From a virus, in the IMG/VR virus record IMGVR_UViG_3300045918_000348, positions 1 through 57,271 of that record: a stretch of DNA of 57,271 bases. One strand, 5' to 3'. The notes below the pieces were generated by a model. That model saw only the letters and a list, made by a program, of their open reading frames with translations. It made no database searches and had not been told where the DNA came from. The position numbers were made by a program, and so were the translations under genes. This document shows positions 16,191-24,769 of the stretch, piece by piece (position 1 is the first letter of the stretch; each line of letters opens with the position of its first letter).

Positions 16191-16771
16191 GTAAATATGT
16201 CTGCAGTGATTGCAACAAAAAATTAAAACAGCGTAAAACTAAAGATGGTTGTTCAACTGTTAGGGGCTGTAAGTGTGGAGGTTTACCTAAATTAGATAAG
16301 CCTGCAGTAGTTAGGGCCTTGGAAGATACATGGGAAGGTGTTATATTTGAACCAAACGCGGCAACTTTTGCTAAATGTGATAAAGATGATAAAATAAATA
16401 CAACATCATTTGTTAAATATGGAGATATACTAGGGGCCAAAGGTGGTAGTGGTGGGCCTACTGTACCTAAAGGCGCAACTAAAAATGATAATGGTAAACC
16501 TGATTTGTCCTTAGTGCCTAGAGCTGCAATTGAAGCTATCGGAAGGGCAATGACTTTCGGTGCATTCAAATATTCAAGAAATAACTGGAAAAAAGGAATG
16601 GAGTGGAGTCGCCTAGTCGCATCCTGTATGCGCCACTTAACAGCTTGGAACGATGGTGAAAATCAAGACCCTGAATCAACATTAAATCACCTTGACCACG
16701 CACTAGCCTGCCTTGCAATGTTAGCAGACTACCAAAAAACCAAAAATGGTATTGACAATAGGTTCTCTTAA
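16187..16771 (+). CDS. Zn-ribbon plus DUF5664-like (dATP/dGTP diphosphohydrolase-like) domain protein
   Basis: N-terminal CSDC ... CKC. The C-terminal segment KPDLSLVPRAAIEAIGRAMTFGAFKYSRNNWKKG ... LNHLDHALACLAML matches my memory of the DUF5664 signature. Confidence 0.55.
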   Translation: MSKYVCSDCNKKLKQRKTKDGCSTVRGCKCGGLPKLDKPAVVRALEDTWEGVIFEPNAATFAKCDKDDKINTTSFVKYGDILGAKGGSGGPTVPKGATKNDNGKPDLSLVPRAAIEAIGRAMTFGAFKYSRNNWKKGMEWSRLVASCMRHLTAWNDGENQDPESTLNHLDHALACLAMLADYQKTKNGIDNRFS

Positions 16772-16780
16772 TAGTATACT
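16752..16780 (+). promoter_or_regulatory. sigma70-like promoter (TTGACA, 17 nt, TATACT)
   Basis: -35 at 16752..16757, -10 at 16775..16780, spacer exactly 17 nt. Lies 53 nt upstream of the ATG at 16833. Confidence 0.6.
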
Positions 16781-16832
16781 TTAAAAGTAACTTAAAAATA
16801 AACCGCCGAAAGGCACAACAAGGAGCAAAAGA

Positions 16833-17213
16833 ATGAGCGAACAAGCAACAGCAACTACAACACGCACTTTCAAAAGTGTAAATGGCAAAGAATTGGCAGA
16901 TATGAGCCAAGAACGTCCAGCCATTAAATTTATCCGAGCATCTGAACTTGCAAAAAATGGTACTACAGGTATCGTTGCAGAAGGTGTTTTGGAGTCAGTA
17001 ACTCAAGACCAGTATGATAAACCATCATATAACTTGGTTGCAGATGATGGGTCTCGCATTGTAGTTAACAGTGCAGGTTCCCTTGATGCTCAAATGGCAA
17101 AAGTTGCTATTGGGTCTTTCTTGCAAATCACTTACCTTGGACAAGAGCCAATGGAGTCTGGTAAGTATGCTGGAAAATTATCTCACAAATTTATTGTGGG
17201 CGTAGCTGAGTAA
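16833..17213 (+). CDS. abundantly expressed small protein, possibly an OB-fold / ssDNA-binding protein
   Basis: Has its own consensus promoter and terminator. The SSB function is a guess from context in the replication module. Confidence 0.6.
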   Translation: MSEQATATTTRTFKSVNGKELADMSQERPAIKFIRASELAKNGTTGIVAEGVLESVTQDQYDKPSYNLVADDGSRIVVNSAGSLDAQMAKVAIGSFLQITYLGQEPMESGKYAGKLSHKFIVGVAE

Positions 17214-17228
17214 TAGTTAAGTTCTTAA

Positions 17229-17285
17229 GCCACTTGTAGGTTGATATGGAGGGGTCCAAATTAGCTTGCAAGTGGTTTTTTTTTA
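17229..17285 (+). terminator. putative intrinsic terminator
   Basis: Stem CCACTTG (17230..17236) pairs with CAAGTGG (17269..17275), followed by 9 T. The 32-nt loop is unusually long. Confidence 0.45.
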
Positions 17286-17302
17286 CTATTTTGGAGGCTT
17301 TT

Positions 17303-17782
17303 ATGACCAAAATCTGCAAAAGATGTCTAGAAGAAAAGTTAAAAACTGCGTTCAGTAGGAAGATAAGCTCAAAAGACTTACTAAGAAATATTTGCCGTAG
17401 TTGCGATGCTGATGCACATGCCAAATACCATAAACTTAACAAAAAAAATGAAAATAAGCGCATGGCACATTATCAAAAATCACGTAGTAAAGTTGATGAA
17501 AATTATAATTGGCGCTTAAAGATTCGTACATACACTAAGAAAGCTTATAATCATGGGAAAAATTGTAAATATTTAGGTTGTAATGCGGCTCAATTTAAGT
17601 TATACTTAGATATGAGTATCAATTTAGAACACTTTAACTTTGATGAGAAACTAGTTGTAGACCACATCATACCACTTTCTAAATTTGACTTAACAGTAGA
17701 GGAAGATAGATATACTGCAGCACATTTCTCTAATTGCAGATTAATACCTTGGTCAGTTAACAGTAAAAAAGGAAGTAAATAA
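17303..17782 (+). CDS. HNH endonuclease
   Basis: VVDHIIPLSKF ... NCRLIPWSVNSKKG (H-N-N) plus N-terminal CxxC pairs. The ATG at 17303 follows GGAGG. Confidence 0.75.
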   Translation: MTKICKRCLEEKLKTAFSRKISSKDLLRNICRSCDADAHAKYHKLNKKNENKRMAHYQKSRSKVDENYNWRLKIRTYTKKAYNHGKNCKYLGCNAAQFKLYLDMSINLEHFNFDEKLVVDHIIPLSKFDLTVEEDRYTAAHFSNCRLIPWSVNSKKGSK

Positions 17783-17783
17783 A

Positions 17784-19997
17784 GTGATTATTAAAAATCA
17801 AGAAGATTGTGAAAAACTTATTAAGTTTATTGAAGCCAATAAGCAGTTGGCCTTTGATACAGAGACCACCGGCATTAATCACCATACCGATAAAGTAATT
17901 GGTTTTGGTTTGGCCAATGATAGTGAGGGCCACTATGTTGTTCACTTGGCGTGGGACGGCTCTGAACTGCAGGAAGTTATTCCGCTTGAAACCTGCAAAT
18001 ATCTTTTATCCTTACTAAATAAGCATGAACTCATCACGCATAATGGCAGTTTTGACATGCGTATGACATTAAACTACTTTGGAGTTGACCTAATTAGTAA
18101 CATCTTCAGTGATAGCCAACTAGCTTACCATACTATAAATGAAACTGGAGTCCCTTTCAGCCATGCACCATTTAGTTTGAAAACCATCGGTGCCCATTTT
18201 TATGGTGACAGCGCAACTGATGAACAAGTTAAAATGAAAGCTTCTATTAAGGCCAATGGCGGCACCGCGCATGAATTTTTTAAAGCAGATTCGCAAGTCT
18301 TAGGCACCTATTGCGTGCAAGATTGTCTATTGACTTATAGACTAAATCACAAGTTTATGAATCAAATAGTTGATGAAGGTTTATGGAATTTCTACCAGTA
18401 TGATGAGGTAATGCCACTTTACCGGACCGTTACAATTCCAATGGAGCAAAGAGGTATACCTCTAGACGTCCCATTACTTGAAAAGGCCCAACTTGAAATT
18501 ACTGAAGATTTGGCAAAATTGGAATCCACTATCCTGCAGGAAATTGAACCTCAATTAGATTTGTTTAATGAGTGGTACCTTAATAAGGAGCATCCAGTTA
18601 GGACGACAGGCCCTTTTGTCCAACAACTTGCCAAGATGCTTAAAGTAAACTTACCACTTACACCTGCAGGACAATTCTCAATGGCTGCCCCGCATATCGC
18701 TAAGTTGCCACCAAACAATATGCTTAGAAAGTTTCTCGAAGGCAAATACAAGTTAGACCCACAAATGGTTAAACAAATTCAATTGAGCTTACAGGGTGGC
18801 CTTCAAATGTTTAACTTATCATCTAAAGACCACTTGAAACGGTTATTTTTCACTAAACTTAATGAGGAACCGAAAAATAGAACGGATAAAGGTGCTCCTC
18901 AAGTTGATGAAGAGTTTCTTGACACTATGGTTTCTAAACATCCTTGGGTTTCTAAACTAATTGAGTTTAATAAATTGACAAAATTGAAAGGGACATACAT
19001 TGACCGTTTCTTAGAAAAACAGTTAAATGGACGGTACTACCCTCAATTTTTCCAGCACCGAACTGTGAGTGGACGTTATGGTTCTGACCTGCAGCAATTA
19101 CCTAGACCTATCAAGGATAACGGCAATATCGTATCAAAATATAATAACTTAGTGAGACGATTTTTCAGTCAAGTTGATGGAAGGGTTTTTGTTGATGCTG
19201 ATTATGAGTCGCTTGAGCCAAAGATATTTAGTCATGTTTGTGGAGATGAAAAGTTGCAGCAAATATTCCTTAATGGTGACGATTTTTACTCGACTATTGC
19301 AATCATGACTGAAGGGATACCAAATGTTAGTGCAAACAAGAAAGCACCGAATTATTTGGGGCTAGTTAATCCTGCAGCTAGACAAACAGCAAAAGCTTAT
19401 AGCCTTGGGGTGCCGTATGGATTAACGGGATATAAAATGCAGTTTGAGTTGGGTTGCAGTCAAGAGGAAGGTGACCGCTTAGTGGCAAACTATTTGGCAG
19501 CCTTCCCAGCACTTGCCCAGTGGATGGAAAATTCTGAACTTGCTGCAGTTGAACAAGGTCAAGTATCATCCCTAGCGGGTCGTATTCGCCATATGCCTAG
19601 AGCTGCAAAATTAGTTGAACAATATGGAATGGAACTTTTAGATAGTTTACTGCTATGGAAAAAGTACCACGAAAATCCACCGTTATATGAGCAAATGAAG
19701 AAGCATCGTCGGGAGCTTAAAAACTACCTAAACAATGCTAAGAACTTCCAAATCCAAAGCTTTGCAGCCTCAATAGTTAATCAGGCCTCAGTGCAAATTA
19801 ATAAGCAGCTTATAGACGCGGGTCTAGATGCCCATATCTGCTGCAATATACATGACCAACTTATTTTGGACTCAAGTGAAAAAGATGCTGGACAATCGGC
19901 TCAAATAATGCAACAATGTATGGAGCACATCAAGAAGTTAACTATACCTCTAGTTGCAGTACCTAAAATTGGCAAAAACTTTTACGAAACTCACTAA
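17784..19997 (+). CDS. family A DNA polymerase with a 3'-5' exonuclease domain
   Basis: Exo I FDTETTG, Exo II HNGSFD, Exo III YCVQDC. Pol motif A DADYESLEP, motif B RQTAKAYSLGVPYG, motif C IHDQLIL. GTG start. Confidence 0.95.
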   Translation: MIIKNQEDCEKLIKFIEANKQLAFDTETTGINHHTDKVIGFGLANDSEGHYVVHLAWDGSELQEVIPLETCKYLLSLLNKHELITHNGSFDMRMTLNYFGVDLISNIFSDSQLAYHTINETGVPFSHAPFSLKTIGAHFYGDSATDEQVKMKASIKANGGTAHEFFKADSQVLGTYCVQDCLLTYRLNHKFMNQIVDEGLWNFYQYDEVMPLYRTVTIPMEQRGIPLDVPLLEKAQLEITEDLAKLESTILQEIEPQLDLFNEWYLNKEHPVRTTGPFVQQLAKMLKVNLPLTPAGQFSMAAPHIAKLPPNNMLRKFLEGKYKLDPQMVKQIQLSLQGGLQMFNLSSKDHLKRLFFTKLNEEPKNRTDKGAPQVDEEFLDTMVSKHPWVSKLIEFNKLTKLKGTYIDRFLEKQLNGRYYPQFFQHRTVSGRYGSDLQQLPRPIKDNGNIVSKYNNLVRRFFSQVDGRVFVDADYESLEPKIFSHVCGDEKLQQIFLNGDDFYSTIAIMTEGIPNVSANKKAPNYLGLVNPAARQTAKAYSLGVPYGLTGYKMQFELGCSQEEGDRLVANYLAAFPALAQWMENSELAAVEQGQVSSLAGRIRHMPRAAKLVEQYGMELLDSLLLWKKYHENPPLYEQMKKHRRELKNYLNNAKNFQIQSFAASIVNQASVQINKQLIDAGLDAHICCNIHDQLILDSSEKDAGQSAQIMQQCMEHIKKLTIPLVAVPKIGKNFYETH

Positions 19998-20008
19998 GGA
20001 GCTTTTAA

Positions 20009-20194
20009 ATGAAATCTGATAGTAAATTTATACATGACTTAATTTTAAAGAAGATTAAGGAACATGGCCTTGATGCAAATGTCAATATAAATGAAGATGG
20101 TAATTTGGAAGTTGATTGTGACCCTAAAGATAGTAAAGCTCTACAAAAACTTATCAATGAAGCTATCAATGAAGATGATGAAAGTTTACAATGA
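20009..20194 (+). CDS. hypothetical protein (61 aa)
   Basis: AAGGAGC SD upstream. Confidence 0.6.
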   Translation: MKSDSKFIHDLILKKIKEHGLDANVNINEDGNLEVDCDPKDSKALQKLINEAINEDDESLQ

Positions 20195-20514
20195 CCACCA
20201 AGTATCATACTTTTAAAGTTGGTGAAATTGCTTCTTATGGGCAAAATACAACTATTAGAGTAAAAATACTAAAGATACTTCCATATCGTCATGAATGTGA
20301 TATGTATCCAATGTATGAAGTATTTTTTATTAAATCGCAATTAAAGTCTTTTTCAGCCGAAGACATGCTATATAGACTTCCGAAATCTGATTTACTGCAG
20401 GAAATAGATATTTTAAATGAGGATTGTGAGTGTGGTGCAAAGTTTACGTCTAATACTATAGAACACAGTGAATGGTGTCCCGTGGCTAAAGTACTTAATG
20501 GGGCCAAAAAATGA
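20191..20514 (+). CDS. hypothetical protein (107 aa)
   Basis: ATGA overlap with the upstream stop. Confidence 0.6.
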   Translation: MTTKYHTFKVGEIASYGQNTTIRVKILKILPYRHECDMYPMYEVFFIKSQLKSFSAEDMLYRLPKSDLLQEIDILNEDCECGAKFTSNTIEHSEWCPVAKVLNGAKK

Positions 20515-20795
20515 ACGAACCTTTAATTGACCACTATCACTATAAAACCAGAGACCTTTACGATAACGAAAAAGCCTATTTATTGGCCTTCGACATTGAG
20601 TTTTTCCCTGGAAACTTGCAGTTTGAACTTAATCGTCAAACATGGCGTACTAGAATGAAATTTACACCATTATATGGAAAAGTTTATAATATACTTCACA
20701 TTTCGATGCAAATATGTTATTATACAGTTGTAGTTAATATACGTTTAAATAAAGTTGGTGAAGTTAAGGAGCCTAAAGATGCAAAAGATAATTGA
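20511..20795 (+). CDS. hypothetical protein (94 aa)
   Basis: ATGA overlap with the upstream stop. Confidence 0.45.
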   Translation: MNEPLIDHYHYKTRDLYDNEKAYLLAFDIEFFPGNLQFELNRQTWRTRMKFTPLYGKVYNILHISMQICYYTVVVNIRLNKVGEVKEPKDAKDN

Positions 20796-21138
20796 ACTTA
20801 TACTATCCATTATTAGGGATATAATCGAAAAGTGGAAACTTTCTAAACTTGAAACCAAATTTAAGGAGACTAAAGATGCAGCCGATAAACTTAAAAAGAA
20901 AGAACAAGACGAATATACGCAATTTCTTGCTGACCTTAATAATAAGCTTCTTAATGATAAGTCCCAAGCTGTGGGCCTTGCCAAACCCTCAAACGTGCGA
21001 CCAATTATTAGCAAAGTGCTCACACTTGGTAGTAACACAGCACGAAACAATACAGGCAATGGACCTAGAACGGGAAGCACAGACCCAATTAATATCAGCA
21101 CAAAAAGAAAACCTAAAACGGATGGAAGCGGAAAGTAA
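20779..21138 (+). CDS. hypothetical Lys-rich protein (frame a of an overlapping pair)
   Basis: AAGGAGCCTAAAGATG start context. Confidence 0.4.
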   Translation: MQKIIELILSIIRDIIEKWKLSKLETKFKETKDAADKLKKKEQDEYTQFLADLNNKLLNDKSQAVGLAKPSNVRPIISKVLTLGSNTARNNTGNGPRTGSTDPINISTKRKPKTDGSGK

Positions 21139-21196
21139 GAAGTATAAGGGATGGACTCTATTTGAGTTTATTTTGCTTTTGGTTTTACATTTATAA
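20876..21196 (+). CDS. hypothetical protein with N-terminal signal-like and C-terminal TM segments (frame b of the overlapping pair)
   Basis: AAGGAGACTAAAGATG start context, nearly identical to that of frame a. FLLTLIISFLMISPKLWA at the N-terminus and WTLFEFILLLVLHL at the C-terminus. Confidence 0.4.
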   Translation: MQPINLKRKNKTNIRNFLLTLIISFLMISPKLWALPNPQTCDQLLAKCSHLVVTQHETIQAMDLEREAQTQLISAQKENLKRMEAESKKYKGWTLFEFILLLVLHL

Positions 21197-21206
21197 GGAG
21201 GTTTCG

Positions 21207-21461
21207 ATGAAGCATGTTCTTAAAATATTACCACAATATTATTGTCGTGTTGCTGACGGCTCTAAAACATTTGAGTATAGATATAATGATAGGGGCTATC
21301 AACCAGGTGATATAGTAATTTTATGCGAAACTACTGATGTAGGAGTTCGTATGCAGTCAAAAGAATTAGAGTTTAAAGTTGGATATGTGTTGCAGTTACC
21401 AGATTCCTATTGTGCATTTAGTTTATTGCCGCTTAACGATTCTTTGGAGAAAATAAAATAA
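21207..21461 (+). CDS. ASCH-superfamily protein (DUF3850-like)
   Basis: HVLKILPQYYCRVADGSKTFEYRYNDRGYQPGDIVILCE matches my memory of the DUF3850 N-terminal signature. AGGAGG SD upstream. Confidence 0.6.
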   Translation: MKHVLKILPQYYCRVADGSKTFEYRYNDRGYQPGDIVILCETTDVGVRMQSKELEFKVGYVLQLPDSYCAFSLLPLNDSLEKIK

Positions 21462-21922
21462 TGTCTACTCCGAATTGGAATAAAGACCTTGAACGTGGCC
21501 AAAGTGGTGAACTTCTATTTATGGAAAAATGGTGTCCATATCTGGAACATCTAGATGGTAAAGATGCAGATTTTAAGGCTACTAAGACGGGCTACCTAAT
21601 TGAACTTAAAACGGACTACTATGATTATAATAAGACGGGCAACTTTGCAATGGAGATTATAAGGAACCTTAACACCAATGCCCCTGGAGGTCCCTTTCAA
21701 AGTTTATCAAAAGGTATCCACTTCTACGTATACCAGTTTCCTAAAAATAACCTAACATTTGCTTTTGATGTGGCCAAACTGTGCACTATTTTAAACTCCC
21801 TGTCCTGCAAGAAAGAAAGAAAAATTAATAATGGAACATATGAAACCTTGATTTGTTTAGTAAAACTTGATATAATAAAAGAATCTGCAGTTGATTTAGC
21901 TGCAATAATTAAAGGAGTTTGA
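21461..21922 (+). CDS. putative PD-(D/E)XK-fold nuclease
   Basis: GELLFMEKW ... DADFKA ... YLIELKTD resembles an E ... D ... ExK arrangement. A weak call. Confidence 0.35.
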   Translation: MSTPNWNKDLERGQSGELLFMEKWCPYLEHLDGKDADFKATKTGYLIELKTDYYDYNKTGNFAMEIIRNLNTNAPGGPFQSLSKGIHFYVYQFPKNNLTFAFDVAKLCTILNSLSCKKERKINNGTYETLICLVKLDIIKESAVDLAAIIKGV

Positions 21923-21923
21923 A

Positions 21924-22295
21924 ATGTCACCATCAAAACAAGAACTGCAAGTAGTTAGAGCTTCTGGATTACCAATTGACTTAGTGGACATCGTAAAGTA
22001 TGAAGAGGAATTTAAACAAATATATGATAAGGTTCTACTAAAACTTAAAGTTGATGAAAAAATCATGCTATCTCGCAATACTGCAGAACGTATGAACCGA
22101 TTACTTGATAGATGCCAAAAAATCCTACTTAAAAAGTATCCAAAAGAAGCTTACTGGCCTTTACCTAAAAGTCCTCGAGCTTGGCTCAAGATAACTGCCA
22201 CCCTTGGTCCTATCGCTATCGCAAAACATGCCCACAACGGTAACCTTGTCCTTATTATAATGGACGCTGACTTCTCAACAAGTCCACAACAGTGA
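21924..22295 (+). CDS. hypothetical protein (123 aa); last plus-strand gene
   Basis: AAAGGAG SD upstream. Its 3' end overlaps the convergent rusA-like gene by 41 nt. Confidence 0.6.
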   Translation: MSPSKQELQVVRASGLPIDLVDIVKYEEEFKQIYDKVLLKLKVDEKIMLSRNTAERMNRLLDRCQKILLKKYPKEAYWPLPKSPRAWLKITATLGPIAIAKHAHNGNLVLIIMDADFSTSPQQ

Positions 22296-22737
22296 TTGTA
22301 ACAACAAGTGAATGGCCCTCGTCTGAGGGCCGTTTACAGCTACTCAAGTCGGTAATGAAACGGTCATCCATATTCAAGTTATCACAGCCTGCAGGAGATT
22401 GGGCTCCAAAAAACTTCGGTAAAAAAAAGCAATCAATTATAGATTTTTCCCAGTTTGATTGGTCAATTGTTTTTGAACTTACTAGGCCCTGCTTATTAAA
22501 ATAAAGTTGTGCAGGATAGTTAGCCACTAAATCTACTTTATAAGCATGTTTTGTGGGGTCAAAATGTTCTCGAAGCTGCTTAAATTGAGCTTTATATTCC
22601 TCGGTGTCTAATAGGTGAAATACACTGCAGGTCCAGTCTTGGGCCTTATTTGTTTTGAAGCGGCCCCCTTGTCGGGTTCCATATGTACTGTTTATTGATA
22701 GTGGGCCAATGCCCATTAATTTGAAAGTAAACTGCAC
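22255..22737 (-). CDS. rusA: RusA-like Holliday junction resolvase
   Basis: GPLSINSTY (compare PPSNNRYY), IDQSNWEKSIIDCF (compare DLDNLQKAAFDAL) and DDRFITDL ... LVVTITV (compare DDAQVV ... LELTIT). Confidence 0.62.
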   Translation of the reverse strand: MQFTFKLMGIGPLSINSTYGTRQGGRFKTNKAQDWTCSVFHLLDTEEYKAQFKQLREHFDPTKHAYKVDLVANYPAQLYFNKQGLVSSKTIDQSNWEKSIIDCFFLPKFFGAQSPAGCDNLNMDDRFITDLSSCKRPSDEGHSLVVTITVVDLLRSQRPL

Positions 22738-22767
22738 ATTGCTCTCCAGTTTTAAATTCGTTAGAAA

Positions 22768-22968
22768 TTACTGTTGCGGTTCTTGAGGTTCTTTTGGTTG
22801 ACTTTGTTCTGCAGGCAATAGAGCTTTTGAAACAAGGGCCACTAATTCATCATCAACTTTGTTGTCTGACTTTTTAGCAAGTTTCTCTAATGCGTGTACA
22901 ATAAGTTCTCGTACAAACTTGTCTGATAAAATTGAAATCATTATAGTTTTTAAAATTGATATTACCAT
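22768..22968 (-). CDS. small protein with a hydrophobic N-terminus (possible holin-associated protein)
   Basis: MVISILKTIMISIL N-terminus. Position is next to the lysis candidates. Confidence 0.5.
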   Translation of the reverse strand: MVISILKTIMISILSDKFVRELIVHALEKLAKKSDNKVDDELVALVSKALLPAEQSQPKEPQEPQQ

Positions 22969-22994
22969 GAGATACCTCTACTAGGGTAAAATGT

Positions 22995-23228
22995 TTACTT
23001 AAAAATCAACACTACCGTCATGATAGTTGCTATGAGGGCTAATAAGGCTATCAACTTACCTGCACCACGCATCTGTTCAACATGCTTAACAACTGGCTTC
23101 AACTCATCTTCAATTATTCCTGTGCGCCGTATATGGTCTGCCAAGTGTTCAGTGTTAATTGCAAGTGTTTTGTCAATTGCATGTAGTGAAGTCTCAATGT
23201 TCCGTAAACGTCCATTAATATCGTCCAT
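22995..23228 (-). CDS. XhlA-like protein (N-terminal coiled coil, C-terminal TM)
   Basis: The architecture matches the XhlA family: coiled-coil N-terminus and C-terminal TM LIALLALIATIMTVVLIF. Confidence 0.45.
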   Translation of the reverse strand: MDDINGRLRNIETSLHAIDKTLAINTEHLADHIRRTGIIEDELKPVVKHVEQMRGAGKLIALLALIATIMTVVLIFK

Positions 23229-23232
23229 AATG

Positions 23233-23718
23233 TTAACCTTTCAATTCCTTTTGTAATTTTGCCATACATTGTACAGGTGCAGACATTCCATAATAGTGCC
23301 CCGTTAAGAAACCCAATGCTTCACAGCAAAAGTACTTAGACGGCGACTCATATTTATTTATAAGTGGTAGTTTAATTCCTAAAAAAGTTAAACCAATTCG
23401 ATATGCTAGGTAAAATACTCCAGGATAATCGTAAGGCTTACCATTAATTTCTCTATATTTATCTGCAATTTTCTGATATTCGATTTCCTGCAGGAAAACA
23501 CGACCTACTTCGGTATGCTCTTGTTGCCATTTATCATAACTTAATACTTGAACTCCAGTTTTACCCGTAGACTCATGTACCCAGCGTTCATTTACAAGTA
23601 AAGCTGTGTGACTTGGTGTTGGTTTAATTTGTGGCTCTAAGTGTGTAGACCCTAGGGAAATTACTTGTGCACCTATTTTTGAGCTTAAACTGAAAAGAGC
23701 ATGCACCGTGACATTCAC
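23233..23718 (-). CDS. putative permuted papain-like (YiiX/C92-type) cell-wall amidase
   Basis: An early His (PSHTALLV) and a late KYFCCEALGFL (compare YCSELV). Lies in the lysis neighbourhood. Confidence 0.4.
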   Translation of the reverse strand: MNVTVHALFSLSSKIGAQVISLGSTHLEPQIKPTPSHTALLVNERWVHESTGKTGVQVLSYDKWQQEHTEVGRVFLQEIEYQKIADKYREINGKPYDYPGVFYLAYRIGLTFLGIKLPLINKYESPSKYFCCEALGFLTGHYYGMSAPVQCMAKLQKELKG

Positions 23719-23719
23719 T

Positions 23720-24217
23720 TTACATTCCTAATTCTTGCATAAGTTCAGGTATCGAGTGAGGCATATCTCCAATGCTTGAGAAATCATAAAGTGCTGTATT
23801 TTCAACTTCAGTAATAGAATATTTTCTAGTGTAGTATAAAGTCCAGATTGATTTAATCCAGTTTTGAACGGCTATACATTTCGGCTTTCCAGTTAAAATT
23901 CCAATTGTAATAAGTCCGACAGCACTTCCATTAACTTTCGATATTTCACAAGCATGGGCAGCATTCCACATTTTATCAATATGTTCAGATTTTTTATTGT
24001 CAAGCTCAAGCTGGGTTTTTACTGTTATATTTAAACTTCCATCACTATTTTCTATATAATTATATATGTTTAAATCTGGAAGAGTAGGGTCTGCAAGTTT
24101 AGTTACACCCATTTCAGAAAGTTCAATATCAGTTTTACCATCAAAATAATTTATAGGGTAGTTAACATCACCAATTAAAACTATTTCCTTTATTTTTACT
24201 CCATTGAATATATACAT
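23720..24217 (-). CDS. hypothetical protein (165 aa), downstream of the fibre cassette
   Basis: ORF with a GGAG SD-like sequence upstream. I recognised no motif. Confidence 0.6.
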   Translation of the reverse strand: MYIFNGVKIKEIVLIGDVNYPINYFDGKTDIELSEMGVTKLADPTLPDLNIYNYIENSDGSLNITVKTQLELDNKKSEHIDKMWNAAHACEISKVNGSAVGLITIGILTGKPKCIAVQNWIKSIWTLYYTRKYSITEVENTALYDFSSIGDMPHSIPELMQELGM

Positions 24218-24226
24218 ATAAACTCC

Positions 24227-24769
24227 TTATTTATAAAGTCCTGGGCTAAATCCTGCTGGTACAGGATATACAAATTTACTTGCTCCAAAATTAGCGGTGC
24301 AAACTGCGTTAGGCGTACCACCCTTACCGACCATGGCAAAAATAGCTCCGGTAGTTAAGTTTGTTGGGAGTGATTTTACTCCTTGTGATACCCCATCTTT
24401 ATACCAGGTAATTGTACGCGCATCGACGTCCAGAGCGTGACCTATCACTGATGTTGTAAATGATGCTCCATAAGCAGTACCTATATTAGAAGTGTATGTT
24501 TGCCCGTTTTTGTCGTATTCAATAGCATTTGCATCGAAACCAGGATAATTAGCTAAACTAGCCGATGCGTTTCCTACACCCCTAGACCCACCAGCCGCTG
24601 AAGTTGATGTTACTTCCCAATACCATTTTCCAGAAGATTTACTTATTGTGCTTCGCACACTAGCCGCTCCGTAAGTTACGGTTAAATTCCCATTAGATAA
24701 AGTGCAAGCAGCTCCTTTGTCTGTAGGACTCCATGTTGCATAAGTAACTTTAGATAATACGCCAATCAT
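24227..24769 (-). CDS. SPRY (B30.2-like) domain protein, probable distal fibre / receptor-binding component
   Basis: LSNGNLTV ... SGKWYWEVT ... VIGHALDVDARTITWYKDGVSQG match the SPRY signature. The ATG overlaps the fibre stop (ATGA at 24766..24769). Confidence 0.7.
   Translation of the reverse strand: MIGVLSKVTYATWSPTDKGAACTLSNGNLTVTYGAASVRSTISKSSGKWYWEVTSTSAAGGSRGVGNASASLANYPGFDANAIEYDKNGQTYTSNIGTAYGASFTTSVIGHALDVDARTITWYKDGVSQGVKSLPTNLTTGAIFAMVGKGGTPNAVCTANFGASKFVYPVPAGFSPGLYK

Noticed and set aside
17246-17302. Upstream extension of the HNH ORF to 17246.
   Set aside because: The extension overlaps the putative terminator hairpin and T-run. The ATG at 17303 has a GGAGG SD.
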